Both the position numbers and the translations under genes were made by a program. A DNA stretch of 64,000 bases from Azolla caroliniana (lineage: Eukaryota; Plantae; Polypodiophyta): contig JBHGNT010000009.1 of NCBI GenBank assembly GCA_043228905.1, forward strand, positions 14,632,001 to 14,696,000, written 5' to 3'. Every line of letters starts with the position of its first letter. The first letter of the stretch is position 1. Under the pieces are notes generated by a model. It saw nothing but the letters and a program-made list of their open reading frames with translations. It was not told where the DNA came from and searched no databases. Shown in pieces: positions 1-10,437 of the stretch.

Positions 1-1431
1 CTGTTCAACATGAAGATGACCGATCTGGCTACCTCCCACATCAACACCTTCAACCGGGTGTTGTCAAAACTCTCCTCACAAGGGATCAACTTTGAAGAAG
101 AAGTGAAAGCTCTTGCCCTTCTATCGAGCTTGCCGACGAGTTGGGAGGTATTTTGCACGACCTACACCAATAGCCGACCTATCCTGAATCTGGATGAGAC
201 AATCGAAGAAAATCAATGGGACTCACCATCGATGAGTCGGCAGAAGCCCACCACTCAACTGAGTCGATCGATAGTTTTAGTTGATCGAGATAACAAGCTG
301 ACAGAACCGGTCAGAACACCGACTGATCGAAGACGAGGGGAGACCGACATCGGTCGAAGTTGAGAACGGGCCGATTAGGCGAATTTTGCACACACTGCAG
401 AAAATCTGGCCACAATGTTTCCGACTGCTGGTTGATCAAGAGGAAAGAGAGTGGCCGGCGTTTCGGGCAGAATCGAGGACGACCCAACTCGGACCACTCT
501 CCTACATGCAACCAAATCAATGTTGTCGACACCTGATCAGGAGAAATCCTTTCCTTAGAGGACTTGATGATCGGAGAAGTCCTCTATAGTGCACATGATG
601 CACACACGTGGCCACTTGATTCCGATGCCACATTCCGTGTGACCCCTAATATTGAATGGTTTTCGAACTATTCAGCCGACGCCAACGACATATCTGACTA
701 GGCAACGGGTAGGAGTGCAGAATCGCAGGGTTCGGAGAAGTTCCCATCCGATTGCCCAATGGCAACATGATCACCATGCATGGAGTTCGGCATGTACCTG
801 ATCTAAAAAGGAGTCTGGTCTCCATCGGCATGTTAGCCGAAGAGGGGTACTGAACGACTCTCAGTGAGTCAACATGGATGATCAGCCGTGGAAATCTGAA
901 GATTGGAAGCAGACACAAGTACACCAACTTCTACCCAATATGGCGATCAATCTAGAAGGGGTTGTAAACGTAGCCGAAAAGACCGACCCAAACCTATGGC
1001 ATGGCAGACTTGGCCATATGTCTCAAGCCAGACTCAATCGACTGATGGCGGTCGACTACATTCCGAAACTCCAAGCGAAGACGGACTTCTGCGAGCACTG
1101 TTGATACGGGAAACAGACCCAAAGTCCGCATTCTCTCCACTACGAGACAGTACGACAACCCGTAGAGCTCGTGCACACAGATATATATGGGCTCATGCCA
1201 TAATGATCACTAGGAGGCTCCCGATACTTCATCACATTCGTAGATGACTATACACGGAAGGTTTGGGCCTACTCGATTAGGTCCAAAGACGAAGCGCTCG
1301 AGGTCTTCACTTGGTGGACATCTGAAGTGGAGAACCGGTCGGGACACACAGTGAAGAAACTCCGATCCGACAACATAGGAGAATATACCTCCAGAGCCTT
1401 CAAACAATACCTGTTCGATAAAGGGATCTAG
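1..1431 (+). pseudogene. Degenerate Ty1/copia gag-pol fragment (gag, CCHC knuckle, protease, GAG-pre-integrase, integrase N-half), cut at 1431 by an LTR insertion
   Basis: Gag ALALLSSLPTSWE; CTHCRKSGHNVSDC near 387; LWHGRLGH; CEHC; ELVHTDI..FITFVDDYTRKVW; several stops and frameshifts. Confidence 0.9.
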
Positions 1432-1696
1432 TGTCGTGATGTTGTTGCTTCACAATGTCAAAACAATGTGAAAAATCTATAGAAGTACATTTCCCATCTA
1501 GAGCTTATGACGAGGAGCATGTAGGAATTTTAGATTCATGAATCGGAGTTCAGAAGTTCAAGATACCAGCTTCGGAAGGACTAATGCAACTCGGGACACA
1601 AATGTAATTATGTAAAAAGGGGGATTCGAAATTAAATAAGGGCCATCTTTGTAATTTCTCAAATGTACAACTGCAAAATCGAATTTATAAATAAAA

Positions 1697-1727
<31 letters not shown>

Positions 1728-2407
1728 AATAATAATAAATATAAAATAAAAAAATAACCGCCTGCATGAGGCGGTCTGTCAACCGCCTCAAGAGGGTGGT
1801 AGGGCGGTTGACCACCCTATAAAAGCCACACCCATGGTGGCTAAAGAGGAAGGGCAGAGGCTGGAAAAGGAAGAGGAGAAGAAGAAGGGAGAGAATGAAG
1901 GAAGCGAGGGAGGAAGCTCGCAAGAAGAAGGGATGTAGAGGTTGCTCATGAAGCTAGGGGCCTGTTGAATAGAAGACAAAAAGTAAAGAAAAGAGAGGGA
2001 AAAGAAGCAAACCAAGAAGTTGAAGTAGTGTATCTCAAACGCCTCTATGCAAACAAAAGGTCGTGAGTTCGAATCCTCTCAAAATAACTTCTTTTGTGAA
2101 ACAAATTTTGTAATATAAATTTAATATATATAAGCAAAAAGACACTATCTTAAATAAATAGAAATCAAATAAGTTGAAGTGGTCTATCTCAAACCCTTCT
2201 TCTTAAATAGAGGGCGTGAGTTGAAGTCTTGCCAAGTAACTTTTGGCAAATAAATATTGTAAGTGGTGTTTTACAAATAAATTTCTTTTTGCGACAACGT
2301 TGCATCTATCTTGCTTTCTTGGCTTCTTGTCATCGCACCATCCACATGATCATCCCCGAGTCACAAAACCCCGGCGGTTGCGACACACAACCACAATCTT
2401 TATGACA
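1432..2407 (+). repeat. 5' LTR of the Trp-primed gypsy element
   Basis: Starts TGTCGTGA, ends TATGACA; TATAAAA at about 1818; PBS 6 nt downstream. Confidence 0.85.
1686..1757 (+). repeat. (AAAT)n-like microsatellite inside the LTR
   Basis: Run of AAAT/AAAAT units. Confidence 0.9.
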
Positions 2408-2413
2408 TAAATT

Positions 2414-2430
2414 TGGTGAACCCGACGTGA
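2414..2430 (+). promoter_or_regulatory. Primer binding site complementary to the tRNA-Trp 3' end
   Basis: TGGTGAACCCGACGTGA, the complement of TCACGTCGGGTTCACCA; same 17-mer at 40764-40780 (-) and 46802-46818 (+). Confidence 0.85.
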
Positions 2431-5400
2431 AGTGTCGCTGAGAAGGGGAGTTCGGAGTTAAAGTTTTCCAAAGAGGTCGAAAAATGAAAGAAAATGGCGG
2501 ATAAAGGTGCCAACACAGAGATGGCAAATAAGGGCTTCAATGAAGATATGGCAAGTTTCATGATGACGATGATGAGTCGTATGTTGCAAGAGCAAAGTGC
2601 GATGAATCAGATGGAAAGTGAGTTAACACTCGCCGTACAAACGATCATTGAGAGAATAAGCAAATTTAATGGCGAGGACGTCACTCGGTTCCTCCAGGTC
2701 TACGAATACGAGATGGCCAGTAGAGGGGCAACCGGAGTACAAATAGTGTCACATATCAACCGGGTGTGCACACTTGATGTCCGAGCAAGGGTAATGGAAT
2801 TATCGGAGAAATTCCATGAAGATTGGCCTTGGTTTCGTCAAGCATTGCTTGATGAATATATGCTAGACGATCAGACCCAAATGTCAAAGAAAAGCTTTCT
2901 CGAATGAACCAAGAAAGGGGGTAAAGGACTCTCAGTCTCAAAGGTTGTGAGGGAGTTCGAGAAAAGATATAATGAGCTCTCGGTAAAAGACCGAGAACTA
3001 TTACAGTTAGAAAAGGTGGATTTATTCGTCTGAGCGACAGATCAATCTTTTAGAAAAGATATCACTATCCTTCTAGAAGACCGGACAAGCACGACCGGTT
3101 TGGTGTCCGATTGGGCGGAGGTACCCGAGGCTTGTCGAGTACTAGGAAGGAGAGCACTATGGATGGAGGATGACTATGACAATAGAATAAAGACAACAAC
3201 CAGAGAACATCCAAAACAAGATTCGGGAACTCGAACGGATGTTTGCAAGGGAAAGGAGCCAGAGTCCGTGATCGATGAACTGATAAAAGGAATGTGGGAT
3301 TTACAACTCAAGTTCACAAAGCTTGAGAAGGGTGAAAGCTCGGGTGTAAGACAAAAGCCCAATGAAGGGGAAAAGGGTGAATTCGTTTGCCGATGCATAT
3401 GGTGCAATAGCACGGAGCACCCAAAAAGGGATTGTTAGAGCCATAAGGAAGAATTAGAAAGAAACACTATCTTCTATCAAAATGGGAGAATCCACTCCTC
3501 GGAGACCCGACAACCCCTAAAAACCAACGTCGACAAAGGTGGGATGATGAAAATGATGGAGGATGAAGAGTTGAAGAATGTTCAAGCAATGTACTTTTCG
3601 ACTACCTCCGGATTGAAGGTCGATGATCCCCAGATTGGATCAGGATTCTAGGCAAAAGTGATAAAGTCCGCCACTGACAAAAGAGTCCAACCACAAGACT
3701 TACGAAAGGGTTGACGAAATCAGGAATAGTATTGGGTGGGATGACCTAGTAGATTCACTCACCACAATTGCAAAGACAGCAGGGGTGAATGCCCACGAAG
3801 TGACAGTCGAAGAAAAGAGAAGAACTGATGAAGCGGGTCCTTCAAGAAAACCCGAGACCTGAGAGCAAAAGAGACAGGAAACGGAACGAATTGCTACAGA
3901 GGCGATGAAAGAAGACAAAGGTAAACAAAAGATCGCCCCATCATTCAAACTCACCTCCGACATAGAAACATCCACCGACCTAAAGCATGTGCTTGAATCT
4001 AGGATTCTCGATAGTAAAGTCGAGTTAGCACTACGAGAAGTACTAGGGATCGCAAAGAAGGAATTTCATGAAGTGATCATTGATGTGATCCGGAGAAAAA
4101 GACAAGTGGTTGAAGAAATGGGTAGGGTAAATATCGTCATGATACGGGAGGAAGATGAAGATATGGAGACTACATTGCTAGCCGGGGTACGGAATTCTGA
4201 CATACATTGTAGTCGTGAAGAGGAAAGAACTCATTACACCCGCACACACTGGGCTCGGGCGACAACCGAGGCTCCAGTCAGAATTGGTGATCAGATGGAA
4301 CCGTGTGTGGCACTCATCAACCACGGCTCTGAGATTAACATCATATCATCTGATTTCTACAATCGTGGGAGATGGCCAATAGAGAGAAACCATGGGTGGA
4401 AGGTGAGAGGAGCAACTGAGGTCGTGGAGGATTTATGTGGTGCATGCCCAAATATTAAAGTTACAATTGGGGATGTATCAGTAGATCAAAACTTCTTCAT
4501 CTAGGAGAAGTCATTTTATCCGGTAATCTTGGGGCAACCGTACATCACAACAGTACGAATGGACACTAAAGTGCTTGATAACGGAGCGGCATTTGCCAGG
4601 ATTCGAAGTCAGGATGGGAAGAGGTTGGTACAGTTCCTTACTGTTCGACCAAATCATGAAAGATATAAGGAACATCTACGGGATCATCCGCTACAAGATG
4701 TGGGAGATTTCGTACAAGATTTCTAGAGTGGGCCCTTACAAAAAGGGGTTGTGATGGCCCGAGGGAGGTAAGAAGCCCCATTCATAGCATTGAAGATAAA
4801 GGTAAATTATATGTTGCATCTGTAGATGGTGCTACTATAATAGAATATTTCAAAGGAAATAAATTCCGAAAAATAGAAAAAGAATTACAAGGTAGAGGCA
4901 TGATAGATTCAAAAGAAAAATTAGTGAATATATTTGAGGAATATTGTTTTAAAGATACAATAGGAGAGTTGGAGTCTCTAATGACAGAAGATGATGAAGT
5001 TGAAGTTATGGTAAACTCCATTGAGATGTTCAAAACCATCAAAGAGTATCTTCAAATAAAGAAGCTCGAATAAACACAAAGTACAAAACGGTGGAGAAGA
5101 AGGTCTGGCCAGCAGCAACACTGCTTCCAAAAGACAGTGAAAAGATAATGAAGGAGGTGTCAACCAAGCCAATTCTTTGGGATCCAAAGAGAATTGGCAC
5201 AAATTCATGGAAGAAATGATTAAACAACTAAGAATTGGAGGGGGGGACTTCCTAACGCCTACGGAAGAAGCAAAATTTAGAAAAAGGCTAGGGCGGCACG
5301 AGAAAGCATTCTCCTTCAACCCTAAAGAAATTGAATGTGTGGATTCAAAAGTAGTTGAACCAATGGTCATCTTCACGATCCCACACATTCCATGGAATCT

Positions 5401-6946
5401 GAAGCCAATCCTAGTGCCAAGAGCAAGGATATCGCAACTAATTGAGCTTCTAAAAGAGAAAGTGAAGATGGGTATCTTGGAACCACCAAACACTCCATAC
5501 TCGAGTAGATGGTTTACGGTGCAAAAGAAGGATGGGTGGCTTCGATTCATTCAAGACATGCAACCTATGAATCAAGTTACTATCTGGAATTCAGGAGTGG
5601 GGCCGATAGTAGATGAGTTTGCAGAGATGTTCGCCGGAAGAGCGATCTACTCCATGTGTGATCTCTACTCCGGCTACGACCAGTTCCAGCTTGCGGTCGG
5701 TAGTCGAGATATCACCTCCATTAGGACTCCTATTGGATTACTTCTAATGTGTATCCTACCTCAAGGTGTGACCAACTCGATCGCTCACATGATGAGTGGT
5801 ATGCACAAAGTTCTTTGAGATTTTATTCCTCACGTAACCATGCCTTTCCTGGATGATATACCCATTAAAGGATGTGAGGAAAGAATGAAGAATGAAGAGT
5901 TGGATAATGGTAGATGTCGGAAGTTCGTTTGGGATCACATAGAAGATTGTGATAAATTGCTTTCAAGACTAGAGGAGGTACACCTAACACTTTTGGCTCC
6001 AAAATCAATATTCGGGGTTCAAGAAGTACTAGTGGTAGGACATATGTGTGGGTCATACGGAAGGAAGTCAACACCAACGACGATCAACACAATACAGAAT
6101 ATGAAAGAGGAATGCAACTCTGTATCTAAAGTTCGAAGGTTCTTGTGTGCATGAATCTTCTATTGTAGGTGAATTCCACATTATGCCCACATATCAGATC
6201 CATTGTATCGACTATTAAGAAAAGGGGAAGCATTCGAGTGGACAAAAGAACACTCAAATGCAATTAGAAGATTGAAGGAGAATTTGGCGAAAGCGCCTGC
6301 TTTGAAACAACTTGACTACAACCGACCGATAATTCTCACAGTTGATTCAAGTCCGATTGGAATCGGGTGGGTGATAAGACAACAAGATAAGGAAGGAGAA
6401 AGACATCCGATTCGATTTGGTGCGAAGGTACTTAGTGGACGTCAACGAAAGTACGCGTAAGTGAAGAGAGAACTTTGGGGGATAGTCATCGCTATCAAGA
6501 CGGATAGGGACTATCTGGTTGGTGCAGAGGTGATTGTGGAGATAGATTGCTTGCCAGTTCTTGGGATTATTGCAAATTGCAATATTCCAGACCAAGTAAT
6601 GCTTAGGTGGTGTGTCTACATCAAAACCATCAACCCAGAAGTTCGACATATATTTGGTGAGAAGAATGCAATGGTCGATATGTCGTCTAGAGCAAAATAC
6701 GAAAATGAGGAAGTGGCAGAATCAGATAGCGACAAAGAAGAATCAACTTTAGCCATAAATGCAATTAGAGGAGGTGAGCCACATGAAGAGCACAAGTTTA
6801 AAGAAGAAGAATATAACAAAGAGTTTAAGGAAATCGGGAAGTATTTACAAGCACCATGGAAGGAAGGAACTTGGAGTGGGAGAAACTTCTCAAATTTCCG
6901 AAAGAAGGCACACTGAATTTTCTTGCATCAAGGTTACCTTTGGAAG

Positions 6947-7377
6947 TGTTAGGAACAGTACTAAGGCAGAGAGGGAATTAGTACTAAGAGATGCGAATTA
7001 GTACTAAGAGAGAGAAAAGGGTGGAGAACTCACGAGAGAAGGAGAGAGGGAGAAAGAGAGGAGAGCTCGAGAGAGAGGGAGAATGGTGATAACAAAAGAT
7101 ATATTATATTACATGAAGATTAAGTACAATAATAGCTTTGAGGCTTAAGACTGGCGTTGAACCGATTTGGTTCGAAATAATACCTTGTGCCTCCTCTTAT
7201 AGTGTTCTCAGGAGTACTCCTGAAGTTTCTAGAATGTTCTAGAGAAATCTAGAATATACATCAATTTGCTATAGTAAAACTTAAATGAAAATAATATCTT
7301 TCGTATTATAATACATAGCCTAATGGTAAGAGCTTTTACCCATGTAACATTAGGTCATGGGTTCGAGGCTTGTCACA
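6947..7377 (-). repeat. 3' LTR of chromovirus B
   Basis: TGTTAGG..TCACA termini; colinear with the LTR at 32308. Confidence 0.85.
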
Positions 7378-9766
7378 CTATCCCTCCTTTAAAACAACGA
7401 GTGCCACGAGTCGTTTTGGATTGAGGACCCGGTTTGTCTGGATATTGATGATGGAAGTCTTCAAGAAGAGCACGAGCATTGGCCACATTCTCTATCTGAA
7501 TAGTAGAGCGTGTTGCGAACAAGCTTGGAACCGAGGATGGCAGCAACCTCGTACTCAGGTTCATCTTCAAGTTCGATCGGGGGTGGAGGTTGTTTAATAC
7601 GACTTGGAATGGTGTTGTCTTGATAGGGTTCGAGGAGAGAACTATAAAACACCGGATGTATCCGAACTTGCGGAGGTAGATCGAGACGAAAAGCGACATA
7701 ATTAATTTTTTCGATAATATGGAAAGGACCTAATCACCGGTAATCCAACTTCTCGCATGGGCCAGTAGTCTTGATGTGTCGTCGTAGTAGCCATACCCGA
7801 TCGCCAATGTTAAAACTGGATGGAAGCCGACGACGATTTGCGTAAACCTTGTGTGTTTGTTAAGCGTGCTTTAGATGAATAGATAAATACGCGTGTATCT
7901 TGCGTAACTGCTCCAAACGATCCTCTATGCAAGGATTTGTAGGTAACTCTGGAGTTTCAAATACACACCACCGGGGGTGAAAACCCGTATAAGCATAAAA
8001 TGGTGTAACCTTTGTCGATGAGTGGATAGAGTTATTATACGCAACTTCGGCGAAGTGGAGAATATCCGCCCAGTCATCTTGATGATAGCTTAGAAAACAC
8101 CGAAGATACTGCTAGACAACGTTTGATTTGTTCGTTCTGCTTGGCCGTCTGTTTGCGGGTGGTAGCCGGAGGAGAGGTTACATGTGACCTTAAGCATTTT
8201 CAAGAGGTGCTTCCAAAACTTCGAGACGAACTGGGGTCCACGATCACTGATGATATTATCAGGAAGGCCATGATGCCGACATAGTTCACGCATGACAGTT
8301 TCAACGGTTTCTTCACTAGAGATTTCCTTAGTACACAGTAGGAAATGGGCCATCTTCGTATATCGATCTACTACTGTTAAGATCGCATCGAATCCCTTAG
8401 ATATCGGAAGATCTGTGATGAAATCTGAGAAATGGATTGCCATGGCTTGCATGGAATTGCTAATTGTTCTAATAAACCATATGGATGCTAACTTGGCATT
8501 TTTTCTTTGCAACATGTATCACAAGTCCGAACAAAATCTTCGACAAATTGTCGCATATGGGGCCACCAGAATTATCGTTGTACTAAATCTAATGTTTTAG
8601 TACTACCAAAATGCCCAATTGTATATGTGTCATGACAGTTTTAGACTACTTGAAGGCGACAAGTACCATTAGGAACATACAAGAGTTTCTTAAAGAATAG
8701 TAATCCATCATGACATTCGAATTGTCGATAGTCCGTACATGGTTGTTGCGACTATGAACAAGCTGCTCTAGAGGGATCAATTTGTGCTAGAATGGCTTGG
8801 GCGAAAGCATTTGTCTTCAAGTCGTCACGTATGGTATCGATAACGTGGGAATCCAAGGGCATACCGAAGACCTGTGTTGCTTGCAGTCGTGCCGGTTCCA
8901 TGATTACTTGCTTTTGGTTATCGAAAGCCGGCTCGCCAGGACGTGGTGTTAGATACGAGCGCCGTTATAATGCATCTGCCTTCCCTCATTGCTTCCCTGG
9001 ACGATATGTAATTTTGAAGTCGAAATGAGTGAGGAATTGGGCCCACCGAGCCTTACGTCGATTTAACACATGAGCATTCTGAAAATAGGCAAGATTTTTG
9101 TGATCATTGAATACAGTGACTTGATGAGAAGACCCCTCTAAAAAATGCCTCCATTGCGTAAAAGAGTCCACTATTGCTAATAGATCCTTATCATGAATTT
9201 CATAGTTGATTTTGGTGGCGTCAAACTTGCGTGAGTGGAAATCCATAGGATGTAGCTTTTCATCATCACCTTGTCGAGACATAATGCTACCCAAGGCGAA
9301 ATCTGACGCATCTACTTCAATGATGAATGGTTTTTCTAGATCAACATGAGCTAGAATAGGAGCTGATGTAAATTCCTTCTTAAGACTCTCAAAAGCCATG
9401 TCCGCTTCTTCAGATAAAATGAACGATTGTCCCTTCGTAGTAAGCTGTGTGAGAGGCAGACCAAGCTTTGAGTAATCCTGTATAAACTTGCGGTAGAAAT
9501 TGGCGAAGCCTAAAAAGCATTGCACATCTCACAACGAACGTGGAGTCTGCCACTCTACCACCGTTTTGACCTTAGCAGGATCCATGGAGATGCCTTTCGA
9601 GGAGATGACATAGCCCAAAAATTCCACCTGGTTGCACCCGAAACTACAATTTTCCAGTTTTGCATAAAGACCATGTTCTCGAAGTCGTTTTAGTACTAAC
9701 AGTACATGAGAATCATGCTCTTCTTGGGTCTTCGAATAAACCAGTAGATCATCCAAACAAATGATC
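6947..9766 (-). mobile_element. Degenerate chromovirus (Tcn1/Tf1-like) 3' half: 3' LTR, PPT, chromodomain, integrase, RNase H, RT C-terminus
   Basis: LTR 6947-7377 homologous to 32308-32749; PPT GGAGGGATAG; EYEVAAIL chromodomain; SDRGPQF/HPQTDGQAER integrase; DASDFALG RNase H; LDD at the copia insertion site. Confidence 0.9.
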
Positions 9767-10216
9767 TGTAAAAGATTATGTGTGGAAGCAATAGAAAACC
9801 AAACACACAGAAAATACGCAGGTTTAATGGAGAGCTTGAGTATACACAATACGCGGGAGAGACACAGAGAGAACACACACCAACTAAATTCAAAAAATAC
9901 TAACTCTCTGTGTACATACATCGTGCTCAGTGAGCACCTTTTATACAAGCCCTGACAATGGGCTGACACAAGTACTGACAATACTTGACTGCTCATAAAT
10001 GAGCCTCAACTCTTACTCCCAAAACTATTCCTTACGAGGAATATCTCTCTAACGGCCTTTCGGTTTACGCACCGATACAGCCTTCCTACGCACCGGTCTA
10101 TGTACCAGTTTACGCATCCGTTCTACCCACCGGTCCGGCCTAACTGATCGGTCCCAACCGATCCGGTCCTCGGCTTGCTCAACCGATACGGCCGATGTTG
10201 AGCTTGTCTCTCAACA
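9767..10216 (-). repeat. 3' LTR of copia element
   Basis: TGTAAAAG..TCAACA; PPT adjacent at 10217-10227. Confidence 0.92.
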
Positions 10217-10437
10217 CTCCCCCTCAAGCTCAACTTGAGGCTCTTCGGGATCTTCCGGATCACCGCTCCGGTTCCCCCTGGCTCCATGCCTCCCTCGCAC
10301 TCCTCGACCTATTCGACTCCGCGCGCTTCGACCCTTCTGGTCGGTGTGTCTGCTCCCACAACCCTTCACAGCTCCCTTGCTATTGCGGTGTTGGCACCTC
10401 TTCTACTGCCTTCTCTTCTGCTTGGCTCTTGGTTGAT

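Larger units (their letters stand above)
1432..6946 (+). mobile_element. tRNA-Trp-primed Ty3/gypsy element, degenerate and 3'-truncated (5' LTR, PBS, gag, PR, RT, RNase H)
   Basis: LTR TGTCG..TGACA followed by PBS; gag knuckle CIWCNSTEHPKRDC; protease ALINHGSEINII; RT DLYSGYDQ/FLDD; RNase H VDSSPIGIG; ends at a chromovirus LTR at 6947. Confidence 0.88.

Noticed and set aside
9529-9996. 155-aa ORF with a novel N-terminus fused to RT
   Set aside because: Chance fusion of copia LTR sequence to the interrupted chromovirus RT at the 9767 junction
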